From positions 10,236-74,235 of the forward strand of contig JANNAN010000007.1 in NCBI GenBank assembly GCA_031384385.1: a stretch of 64,000 nt of DNA, read 5' to 3'. A program made the translations under genes and the position numbers. The notes below the pieces were generated by a model, which did no database searches, was not told the DNA's origin, and was given only the letters and a program-made list of their open reading frames with translations. This document shows, piece by piece, positions 30,130-38,833 of the stretch. This DNA comes from Candidatus Tayloriibacteriota bacterium. Its GTDB lineage: Bacteria > Patescibacteriota > Minisyncoccia > Phycocordibacterales > PALSA-1337. Each line of letters begins with the position of its first letter. Position 1 is the stretch's first letter.

Positions 30130-32994
30130 TTATTGTATGGATTTTTTAGTAAGAGGTCCAAATATTCCTGTTGGTGATATGTTCATATTTATCTGATATT
30201 TCATAACAGCGTCGCGTGTAAAACTACCAAAGAATCCTTTGACTGTACCGACAGGGAGTATGAGATAACCTCTTGATTCAAGTAATGTTTGAAGTGATAT
30301 GACATCATCTCCTGTAAAACCGAATGAAAGATCTCTAGAATATGTACTTGTGCCTATTATAATTGGAGTAATGACAGGTGTGATAATGTTATTTGGTGTA
30401 ATATATTGAGATAATATTGTCTTACAAGTTGCAGTTCTAGTCATTGGTCCAAAATATCCCGTTGTCGGAACATTCACAATTCCTTGATGAGTCATAACCG
30501 AAGCTTTAGTGATTGCTCCAAAATATCCTTTGCTTACATTAACGGGCATTATTAAAAGTCCCTGAGATTCAAGATGGGTTTGAAGTGCGGATACTTCGAC
30601 GCCGCTATCGCCCATAGAAAGATTGCGTTCGAAATTACAACTTGCTGGTGTTATCACAACTGGCGTTGAAGCCGCAAAAGGTAAAATTATTTTCCTAATA
30701 CTACTTCCTCCTGACCTACTACTTGAAGATGAATTTGAAGATCCAACACCTGATGAGACAACTGTGGCAATAAGTCCGCGCCCTGTTCCTGATGAACCTC
30801 CACTTGAAAGATCGCCGGTAAATGGTGTTGAGCCATTAAGTATTACGATAGTTTGTCCTGAACTTGTCACACCAACATTAGCAAAACCACTATCGATACT
30901 TGTACTCAAATTGTCAAAACCAGATTTTGATACAGCGATTGATCCAGAACTTGTTGAAATAAAATAATATGCATTTGATACTGAAGTCGCAGCAGATGTT
31001 CCTCCATGAGTTACAGTCGCACCAGTCACAGCTGACCCGTTTGCATCACTGACCAATACTTTGAGAGTGTATTGTGTATCAGATAAAGTTTGAATTGATT
31101 GAGTATCTACATTGGCACTACGATTTGTGGTATCTCCAGAGGTACTTGTGACATATCCGCTTTTTGTGATGGTGATATCATTTGCAGTTCCATCTTCGCT
31201 GGTTGGTACTGGACAATATGCAATATTGGAAACAATGGTACATATAGTATTAGAAGAACCTGCAGTGACTGTTGCACCTGTTAGATTTTCTCCTGCTTCC
31301 GTTTGAAGTGTAATCTTCTGTGCAAATTGCAAACCTTGTCCACTCGCATTATTTCCTGCGGATACAGAAGATGTGAGAATAGATCCTGATCCGAAAGTGA
31401 TTGAAGTTGTGCTAGTTTGATTTGCGCTTACATTTGTAAGTCCTGTATTGTTTGTGGTTGCGGTGACATATCCGTTTTTTGCAAGAATAAGTGATCCTGA
31501 ACTGGTAGTTGTTGCCCAGTATGCGATATTTGATGTACTCGTAGAAACAGTAATACCGCCAAATGTTTTAGTCAGAAGATCAGAAATGTTAATTGCAGTT
31601 CCTAGTTCATCTGCAACAGTAACTTTTAAAGGATAACCGAAGCCGACAGTTGTCTGAATATTTCCACTTGCTTGTCCAATGCCAAATGTTTTTTGACTTG
31701 TAAGTGCTGAAATCAAATTTCCTGTGTCAGCAACAGTTCCTGCTGTCAGGTAGGCAGTATTTGCAGTCATACCATCAACAGTCACATTGTTTAAACTAAG
31801 TCTTATAGCATCATCGCCACCTCCATTTCCTGTAGTTGCGATATAGATCACATCACTTGCAACAGCTGAAGCAATGATAGATATACCACCAGATCCTGTA
31901 ATAGAAATATCAGTCGATGTAGCTCCAGGAATGCCGTTTGCGATATTTGTTATGTTTCCACCCAATTCTGATTTAAGGGCTGTAGATTTTAATGCGTATT
32001 CAAGACCTTTTAAGTTGAGCGTCTGTCCAATACTTATAGGGCTTGAGTTTATAGCATTTGCACCGAGAGTGATATTTGTTTGTCCTGTACTGTCTGCTGA
32101 TACATTTGCGAGTGCTGTGTTTGTAATGGCATTTGGAATAAATCCTGTTTTATTGATAACAATAACTTTTGACAATCCTGCACTAGGTGCAAAATAAAAG
32201 ACATTTGAAGAGGATGCAGTTTCAATTGATCCATCGAAAGTGATAGATGTTGGAGTTATACTATTTCCCAATTCATCTGCTACGCTAACTTTTACTTGAA
32301 ATAAAATATTTGTAGGAGAGATAGATCCTTGAACATCAGTAAGAGATGTTCGATTTCCGACACTTGATGAAGTATTTGTAACATAACCAGACTTTGCAAT
32401 ACTCAATGCTGCACCATCTGATGCAATAGGAACTGGACAATAAAAAATGCCTAGTGTTTGGGCTTCGATACAAACTGTTGCACCGACTCCGACCGTAGCA
32501 CCAGAAAGTGCACCCCCATCTCCTTCACGAGTGATTGTTGCTTTGTGTGCAAACTTTACCGAGTCAGAGCCAGTGAATGTGAAAGAGTTAACACTATTGA
32601 GAAGCGATTCGATGGCTCCAAGTTTTTCTTTTGTCACATAGCCGTCTTTACTCACTTGTATATCAAGGGAACTACCAACAATACATGTACCAGCATTTAA
32701 AAGGAGATTGGTAAGTGTTGTAAGATCAGTTATAGATACCACACCAGAAGAATTAGTGGTAACTCCAACATCAGTATATGATCCTGCATTACATTTTATT
32801 TTCACTATCGCTCCTTCAAGGGCAGTGGCTGAGACTGCCTCACGATTGACTGTGATAGTTAGCCCATCAGTGATGGCTGCATGAGCACTCTGTGGTGTAT
32901 ATAAAAAGTTGATAATAGAAATAAAAAATAGGACCATAAAAATAGACCCCATTCGAAACGATCCACGCGCATGTATAAAATTTTTCATTATCAT
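30130..32994 (-). CDS. Large Ser/Thr-rich secreted surface protein with two C-terminal peptidoglycan-binding domains
   Basis: Signal peptide ending AHA, repeated KxG(Y/F) beta modules, Ser linker, two L..G..G.(E/D)V..LQ..L...GYFG..T repeats. Confidence 0.8.
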   Translation of the reverse strand: MIMKNFIHARGSFRMGSIFMVLFFISIINFLYTPQSAHAAITDGLTITVNREAVSATALEGAIVKIKCNAGSYTDVGVTTNSSGVVSITDLTTLTNLLLNAGTCIVGSSLDIQVSKDGYVTKEKLGAIESLLNSVNSFTFTGSDSVKFAHKATITREGDGGALSGATVGVGATVCIEAQTLGIFYCPVPIASDGAALSIAKSGYVTNTSSSVGNRTSLTDVQGSISPTNILFQVKVSVADELGNSITPTSITFDGSIETASSSNVFYFAPSAGLSKVIVINKTGFIPNAITNTALANVSADSTGQTNITLGANAINSSPISIGQTLNLKGLEYALKSTALKSELGGNITNIANGIPGATSTDISITGSGGISIIASAVASDVIYIATTGNGGGDDAIRLSLNNVTVDGMTANTAYLTAGTVADTGNLISALTSQKTFGIGQASGNIQTTVGFGYPLKVTVADELGTAINISDLLTKTFGGITVSTSTSNIAYWATTTSSGSLILAKNGYVTATTNNTGLTNVSANQTSTTSITFGSGSILTSSVSAGNNASGQGLQFAQKITLQTEAGENLTGATVTAGSSNTICTIVSNIAYCPVPTSEDGTANDITITKSGYVTSTSGDTTNRSANVDTQSIQTLSDTQYTLKVLVSDANGSAVTGATVTHGGTSAATSVSNAYYFISTSSGSIAVSKSGFDNLSTSIDSGFANVGVTSSGQTIVILNGSTPFTGDLSSGGSSGTGRGLIATVVSSGVGSSNSSSSSRSGGSSIRKIILPFAASTPVVITPASCNFERNLSMGDSGVEVSALQTHLESQGLLIMPVNVSKGYFGAITKASVMTHQGIVNVPTTGYFGPMTRTATCKTILSQYITPNNIITPVITPIIIGTSTYSRDLSFGFTGDDVISLQTLLESRGYLILPVGTVKGFFGSFTRDAVMKYQINMNISPTGIFGPLTKKSIQ

Positions 32995-33130
32995 TTATTT
33001 TCCATTTTGTTTGCACGACAATATTTAAATGTACGCACAAAAAATTGATTATTAATATTTAAATTGTATCGCATATATTATAAAAAATAAATAGTTTGAA
33101 ATATAATGTGGTATAATTATCTATAAAAAT

Positions 33131-33613
33131 ATGAGTATTCATCCAAAAGTAAGTATTGGTCATGTACATTTAACAGTCGCTGATCTAGATCGATCACTTA
33201 GGTTCTACCGAGATCTTTTGGGGTTTGAAGTAACAACATGGTATGGAGATTCTGCAGTGTTCCTATCAGCAGGAGGATATCATCATCATATTGGATTGAA
33301 TACATGGGCAGGAAAAGATAGTACATCTGCTCCTAAGGGACATACAGGCTTGTATCATTTTGCAATTCTTTTTCCCACAAGAAAAGAATTAGCTAAGATT
33401 GTTAAGAAATTATTGGATAGTAATTATCAAATAGATGGATCAGCAGATCATGGCGTATCTGAAGCAATATATATTCGTGATTCTGATAATAATGGAGTTG
33501 AATTGTATGTCGACAGGCCGCGTGAGATGTGGAAGAAGGGTTCGGACGGCAAGTTCATAATGGAAACTTTGCCTCTCGATCTTAAAAAGTTACTTGAGGA
33601 AATTGATAATTAA
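33131..33613 (+). CDS. VOC/glyoxalase family protein (CatE-like)
   Basis: GHVHLTV, GGYHHHIGLNTW, GLYHFA and DHGVSEAIY motifs. Confidence 0.88.
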   Translation: MSIHPKVSIGHVHLTVADLDRSLRFYRDLLGFEVTTWYGDSAVFLSAGGYHHHIGLNTWAGKDSTSAPKGHTGLYHFAILFPTRKELAKIVKKLLDSNYQIDGSADHGVSEAIYIRDSDNNGVELYVDRPREMWKKGSDGKFIMETLPLDLKKLLEEIDN

Positions 33614-33797
33614 TTTTTAAGATAAATAATTAGGTGTGTATAAATTAAAAATCCTTACTAAGGTAAGCATATTAATTTCACTTCAAATATTCAGGAGGCA
33701 AAATAATCTTCATCTTTTCGAATCCTAATGCGACGCCAGCAGAGGCGTCGTTCCTTCTGTGAATTAAAAATAGGCACATACACCGCGTTTTTTAATT

Positions 33798-33927
33798 GCT
33801 CGACATGGTGCGGGATATCGGAACCTTTTGGAAGACAAACAAAGAGCATATTTGGCTACCGAATATCAGGCAGGGTTTCTTTGGGATAGTACGACCAACG
33901 GACAAGGAAATGGCGAAATATCGCTAA
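33798..33927 (+). other. Left att junction plus displaced 3' end of the recombinase gene
   Basis: After GCTC the frame reads DMVRDIGTFWKTNKEHIWLPNIRQGFFGIVRPTDKEMAKYR*, in frame with the recombinase when the ends are joined. Confidence 0.75.
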
Positions 33928-33933
33928 ATTACC

Positions 33934-34142
33934 GAAAGTGCATAGTGCAGTATGCGAAAAATACCTTTTCTGCATAGTACAGCGTGATGAGTATGCAAAA
34001 AAGGCAAATTTTGACCACTAAATACACTGTACTGGTCAAAAAGTACGTTTTTTGACCAGTACAACGTGTGAAGTGTACAAAAAAGGTAATTCTGTCCAGT
34101 AAAACAGGTTTGTTGGACAAAATCGGTACTTTTTGTCCAGTT
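33934..34142. repeat. Array of alternating inverted TTTTG(A/T)CCA-like half-sites, ~40-bp period
   Basis: TTTGACCACT 34010, TTTGACCAGT 34051, TCTGTCCAGT 34091, TTTGTCCAGT 34132. Perfect 15-bp stem TGTACTGGTCAAAAA/TTTTTGACCAGTACA. Confidence 0.75.
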
Positions 34143-34159
34143 GAGCGATGGTCCCAAGC

Positions 34160-34666
34160 TTATTTCGGCCTGTCTCCCTTCAACAATCTCTCAAAAGCCT
34201 CAAGGTTCCCCATAGCATCATGCACTGGATGATGATCGTGCTTTGTTATACTTAGCCTTTTCCAAGATGAGGCGTCTTTGAAGTCTCCGATTAAGCCAGC
34301 ATAAAAATCACCGATTCTTCTAGCAGAATATCCAAATGGATTTCTGCCTAGGGTTCGATGAAAACTATCATTGATCCACTGCCAGTCAAAAGCAGGATTG
34401 TCACTGACAAATTTAGGTCTCTCCTCGCCGCTTATTTCTTGTAGCCAGGCATCAAACTTTTTGAACACCTCCACTTCATCAAAGACCACGCCGGTCGCCA
34501 CTTTGATATTAGAATCTTCATTAGAAGGCTTTCGTTCTACCAAGACGCCATGAAAAGTAGCCTTCGATGGATATGCAACCGCACCAAATTCAGTAAGTTG
34601 TCCCATACTCGGACACTTACCGTTTGCCTCACAATCTACAAAGATTAAATTTTTTAGACTTTCCAT
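34160..34666 (-). CDS. DEDDh 3'-5' exo(ribo)nuclease (Rv2179c-like)
   Basis: FVDCEA, SDNPAFDW and HHPVHDA motifs. Confidence 0.8.
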   Translation of the reverse strand: MESLKNLIFVDCEANGKCPSMGQLTEFGAVAYPSKATFHGVLVERKPSNEDSNIKVATGVVFDEVEVFKKFDAWLQEISGEERPKFVSDNPAFDWQWINDSFHRTLGRNPFGYSARRIGDFYAGLIGDFKDASSWKRLSITKHDHHPVHDAMGNLEAFERLLKGDRPK

Positions 34667-34740
34667 ACCTATAGTTTAGCTTCAGATCCAAAATTTATGA
34701 AGCCCCCTCAAACTCTTGATGACCACTTATCCACATTTAA

Positions 34741-34816
34741 GTTTGAATACATTGATTGACTGGATGTATCCAAACATGTATACTTTGAATACATTATAAA
34801 AAAGATGTATACAAAC
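34741..34816 (+). promoter_or_regulatory. Promoter with two pairs of inverted 12-bp operator repeats
   Basis: TTGACT-17-TATACT. GTTTG(A/G/T)ATACAT-like boxes at 34741(+), 34764(-), 34783(+), 34805(-). Confidence 0.7.
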
Positions 34817-35959
34817 ATGAATTCTATCCAAATTGGCGAACTAAAAGAGCAGAAAGAAGGCTTCAAAGCTTTCATCCCAGGATCTTTTCCTCCGAAAGGC
34901 GGCTTTGAATTTGACCCTAAAATCGTAAAGAAAAGCGATGAGGCTACCCGTTTGCTCGGAAAGCTCGACGGCATCACTAAGCTTTTGCCAGATGCAGATT
35001 TTTTCTTGCTTATGTACTTGAGAAAAGATGCTGCATCATCAAGTCAGATCGAGGGTACAATGGCAACAATGGTTGATGCTATTGAAGCTGAAGTTCAGTC
35101 AAGCACAAAGATTCCGGAAGATGTAGATGATATTTTGCATTACATTAAAGCACTCAATTATGGAATGGAGCGGGTACAACAGGACAATTTTCCTATCTCG
35201 CTGAGGTTCATTCGAGAGCTACATAAGCAATTGATGGATAAGGCGCGCACTACACACTTCTCAGACCCAGGTGAGTTTAGGAAAACTCAAAACTGGATTG
35301 GTGGCACTCGTCCCGACAATGCTCGATTTGTTCCTCCACCGGTTGATGACATGAATAATGCACTGACTGATCTGGAAAAGTTCATGCACACTGACGATCC
35401 GACACTTACTTTGATCAAAGCGGCTCTTGTTCATGCCCAGTTTGAAACTATTCACCCGTTTCTAGATGGAAATGGCAGGACGGGCCGTATGCTTATAACC
35501 TTTTATTTATGGAAGGAAGGTTATCTCGAAAGACCGGTATTGTTTTTGTCATCCTTCTTTAAGAAGCACCAAAAAGTGTACTACGAGAGACTCTTCGGCT
35601 ATCACTTTGGTAATGCCGCGGAATGGGTTGATTTCTTTCTCGACGGCGTAATAGAGATCGCGAATGAAGCAATTGAAATTGTTTCGAAGATAACCGCACT
35701 CCGTGAAAAGGATGTCGTGAAGATACAGACGCTCGGTAAACGTGCTTCAGAAAGTGCGGTCCTTGTGCTGCCTAAATTGTATGGACAGCCAATTGTAAAT
35801 GTCTCCTTGATTCAAAAATGGACAGGGTTTAATCGTGCCGCATCTCAAACTGTAATCAAACGCTTTATAGACATGGGTATTCTTACTCCTAAGGATAAAG
35901 ATAAGAAGTATGGCAAATCATACATATACAAGAAATATGTAGATATTTTCTCTGAATAA
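34805..35959 (+). CDS. Fic-family protein (class II) with probable C-terminal wHTH
   Basis: HPFLDGNGRTGR Fic motif and N-terminal inhibitory SSQIEG. Start may be 34817. Confidence 0.92.
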   Translation: MYTNMNSIQIGELKEQKEGFKAFIPGSFPPKGGFEFDPKIVKKSDEATRLLGKLDGITKLLPDADFFLLMYLRKDAASSSQIEGTMATMVDAIEAEVQSSTKIPEDVDDILHYIKALNYGMERVQQDNFPISLRFIRELHKQLMDKARTTHFSDPGEFRKTQNWIGGTRPDNARFVPPPVDDMNNALTDLEKFMHTDDPTLTLIKAALVHAQFETIHPFLDGNGRTGRMLITFYLWKEGYLERPVLFLSSFFKKHQKVYYERLFGYHFGNAAEWVDFFLDGVIEIANEAIEIVSKITALREKDVVKIQTLGKRASESAVLVLPKLYGQPIVNVSLIQKWTGFNRAASQTVIKRFIDMGILTPKDKDKKYGKSYIYKKYVDIFSE

Positions 35960-35964
35960 AATCT

Positions 35965-36153
35965 ATGAATCCCGTTGCAAACCAAAACCAAAAAGAAACC
36001 TATATCAAGTGCAGGAAATGCGGCACTGAGGTTTTTACCATTACAAATGGTGGTTTAATTCCATGTAAATGCGGTGCTATTTCCGTTGATGGCTCTACAG
36101 ACCTCGTGAGGGTACTTGGTAATCCCGAGGACTACGAGGAAATACAAAAATAA
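35965..36153 (+). CDS. Small Zn-ribbon protein
   Basis: CRKC...CKC followed by AISVDG; tightly packed in the operon. Confidence 0.7.
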   Translation: MNPVANQNQKETYIKCRKCGTEVFTITNGGLIPCKCGAISVDGSTDLVRVLGNPEDYEEIQK

Positions 36154-36157
36154 TTAT

Positions 36158-38833
36158 ATGAATCCTGTCGAACTTCAAGAAAATTTAGAGGATCTAACTG
36201 AAAACCTTTCGCGAGAAACGTTTATTTTTGAATTGTTGACAGCATACAGGTTGCCAAAAAGCACAGTCAGTCTTCTTAAGAAGAGTCCTTCTAAGTTATC
36301 TGGAAATAACAATCAAATTATTTTAAAAAATAAGGTCCTATTTCAAGCAACTACAATTGAGGAAGATGAGCATATTGTTATAGATAATCTCCAAAAAGAC
36401 AAAAATACATTTAGATACAACCCGAGATTTTTGATTGTTACTGATTTTCAAACATTACTTGCAGTAGATACCAAAACAAAAGAGACCCTAGATATCAAAA
36501 TAAATGACTTAGGGAGATACTATACCTTTTTCTTACCATGGGCAGGAATGGAGAAGGCACAACACGTAAACGAAAATCCTGCGGATATTCGTGCCGCAAG
36601 CAAGATGGCTAAGCTGTATGATCAAATAATAAAGGATAATCCCAATCACACTGAAAACGGACTCTATGATTTAAATGTTTTCCTATCACGGCTACTTTTT
36701 TGTTTTTTTGCTGAAGATACGGGGATATTCAAAAAGGGATTATTTACAAATTCGATTGATTCCAACACTCAAATATCAGGAGACGGCATTGGTGATTATT
36801 TCGACTCACTTTTTGATGTTTTAAATACAAAAGATACAGAGAGGTCGTCTTTTGCACATCATTTTACAGAATTTCCATATGTAAACGGCGGGCTGTTTGA
36901 AAAAAAGATCAAACTACCTATTTTTACTGCTAACTCACGTAGATTGATAATTGAGTGTGGGAAACTAGGTTGGGATGCTATCAATCCTGATATCTTCGGA
37001 TCAATGATCCAAGCGGTGGTTCATCCTGGTCAAAGAGAGAATCTGGGAATGCACTACACTTCTGTTCCGAATATAATGAAAGTCATTGAACCTCTTTTTC
37101 TAAATGATTTATATGATGAACTAGAAAATTCAAAAGATGATATTAAAAAACTAACAAAGCTACGAGAGCGTATATCAAAGATTAAAATATTTGATCCTGC
37201 TTGTGGCTCCGGTAATTTCCTGATTATTTCATATAAGGAATTATCAAAATTAGAATCAAAAATAATTGGTTGTGCTAAGGACATAGGACATCAAATGATG
37301 CCCTATTCAGGTGTGTCTCTAAACTCTTTTTATGGAATAGAGATAGATGATTTTGCACACGAGATTGCAAGGCTTTCATTGTGGCTTGCTCAGCACCAGA
37401 TGAATACCTATTTTGATGATCTGTTTGGAATGATGAAACCTACACTACCCCTCAAAGAGAGCGGAATAATTGTATGTAAAAATGCTGCAAGGATTGACTG
37501 GAATGTAGTGTGTCCTCGCATTGATTATAAAAATGAGAAATTTGAAATTTATATGGTCGGTAACCCACCATATCTAGGGTTCTTGCAACAGAAAGCTGAA
37601 CAAAAAAAAGACATGGATTTAGTTTTACCATTGGTTAATGGATATAGAAAACTAGATTACATCTCTTGCTGGTTCTATAAAGCAGCAGAATACATCTCAG
37701 AATCATTTGATATAAAAATTGCCTTTGTATCAACTAATTCGACTTCGCAAGGAGAACAGGCCTCTATTTTCTGGCCTGAAATATTCAAAATGAATGTCGA
37801 AATATTCTTCGCATACCAATCATTTAAATGGCAGAATAATGCCAAAAATAATGCTGGCGTTACCTGTGTGATTATTGGCTTGAGGAAAGTATCAAGTAAA
37901 CCAAAGTATTTATATGTTGATAATTTAAAAACTAGCGCAACAAATATAAACGCTTACTTAGCAAATTCAAGTAATGTCGTTGTTACCAAGAGAACAAAAC
38001 CGCTTTCAAATCTACCAACCATGGATCTTGGTAGTGCGGCGTATGATGGAGGTTACTTGATGCTTACTCAGGAAGAACGCAACGCCTTTATCAGTAATTC
38101 ACCTAAATCAGAGGATTTCATTAAACCTTTCATGGGATCAGCGGAGTTTATACGAAACATAAAAAGATATTGTATTTGGATTGAAGATAAAGATTCAGTT
38201 GAGGCAACTAAAATTCCAGATATTAAAAATAGATTAGAAATAGTAAAACTTTTTAGAGAAAAAAGCGGAAGAGGAAAAACACTTGAGACTGCTGAGACCC
38301 CCTATAAATTTACAGAAATAAGATATAAAAAAGCTCCAGCAATTATTGCACCGATCATTTCTTCTGAGACAAGAGAATATATACCTTTTGGTTTTATAAA
38401 GGAGGGTATCGTTGTGCCAAATTCAGCAAGAATTATATATAATTCTGAACCTCATATTTTTGCAATCATAACTTCTAGAATGCATATGGTATGGGTCCGC
38501 GCTGTTGCGGGCAGATTAAAAACTGATATTAGATACTCAGGAACGATTTGCTATAACACCTTTCCGTTTCCCTCAATTACTCTTCAACAAAAAGAAGAAC
38601 TTACTGGCCATGTTTACAATATCTTAGGTGAGCGAGAAAAATATCCCAATAGAACAATGGCAGAACTCTATGATCCAGATAAGATGCCAGATGGATTAAA
38701 AGTTGCGCATAAATATCTCGATACAGCAATTGACCAAATATATAGAAGTAAACCATTTGAAAATGACGAGAGCCGACTGTCGCATCTATTTAAACTCTAC
38801 GAAGAAATGATTATTAATGAAACAAACCAATAA
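36158..38833 (+). CDS. MmeI-like/YeeA(DnmA)-type N6-adenine DNA methyltransferase
   Basis: GMHYT, DPACGSGNF (motif I), GNPPY (motif IV), C-terminal YNTFPFP and MAELYDPDKMP. ATG 36158 preferred over 36116. Confidence 0.9.
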   Translation: MNPVELQENLEDLTENLSRETFIFELLTAYRLPKSTVSLLKKSPSKLSGNNNQIILKNKVLFQATTIEEDEHIVIDNLQKDKNTFRYNPRFLIVTDFQTLLAVDTKTKETLDIKINDLGRYYTFFLPWAGMEKAQHVNENPADIRAASKMAKLYDQIIKDNPNHTENGLYDLNVFLSRLLFCFFAEDTGIFKKGLFTNSIDSNTQISGDGIGDYFDSLFDVLNTKDTERSSFAHHFTEFPYVNGGLFEKKIKLPIFTANSRRLIIECGKLGWDAINPDIFGSMIQAVVHPGQRENLGMHYTSVPNIMKVIEPLFLNDLYDELENSKDDIKKLTKLRERISKIKIFDPACGSGNFLIISYKELSKLESKIIGCAKDIGHQMMPYSGVSLNSFYGIEIDDFAHEIARLSLWLAQHQMNTYFDDLFGMMKPTLPLKESGIIVCKNAARIDWNVVCPRIDYKNEKFEIYMVGNPPYLGFLQQKAEQKKDMDLVLPLVNGYRKLDYISCWFYKAAEYISESFDIKIAFVSTNSTSQGEQASIFWPEIFKMNVEIFFAYQSFKWQNNAKNNAGVTCVIIGLRKVSSKPKYLYVDNLKTSATNINAYLANSSNVVVTKRTKPLSNLPTMDLGSAAYDGGYLMLTQEERNAFISNSPKSEDFIKPFMGSAEFIRNIKRYCIWIEDKDSVEATKIPDIKNRLEIVKLFREKSGRGKTLETAETPYKFTEIRYKKAPAIIAPIISSETREYIPFGFIKEGIVVPNSARIIYNSEPHIFAIITSRMHMVWVRAVAGRLKTDIRYSGTICYNTFPFPSITLQQKEELTGHVYNILGEREKYPNRTMAELYDPDKMPDGLKVAHKYLDTAIDQIYRSKPFENDESRLSHLFKLYEEMIINETNQ

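Noticed and set aside
30623-32700. Several + strand ORFs within the large surface protein gene
   Set aside because: Antisense shadows of a Ser/Thr/Gly-rich gene with no independent signals.
33620-33930. Duplicated tRNA 3' fragment as a long att direct repeat
   Set aside because: None is present. Only a 4-bp GCTC core is shared, which fits serine rather than tyrosine integrase chemistry.
33924-34157. ORFs 33924-34157(-) and 33929-34120(-)
   Set aside because: They overlap each other across the palindrome array and have no protein-like features, so they are likely by-products of the repeats.
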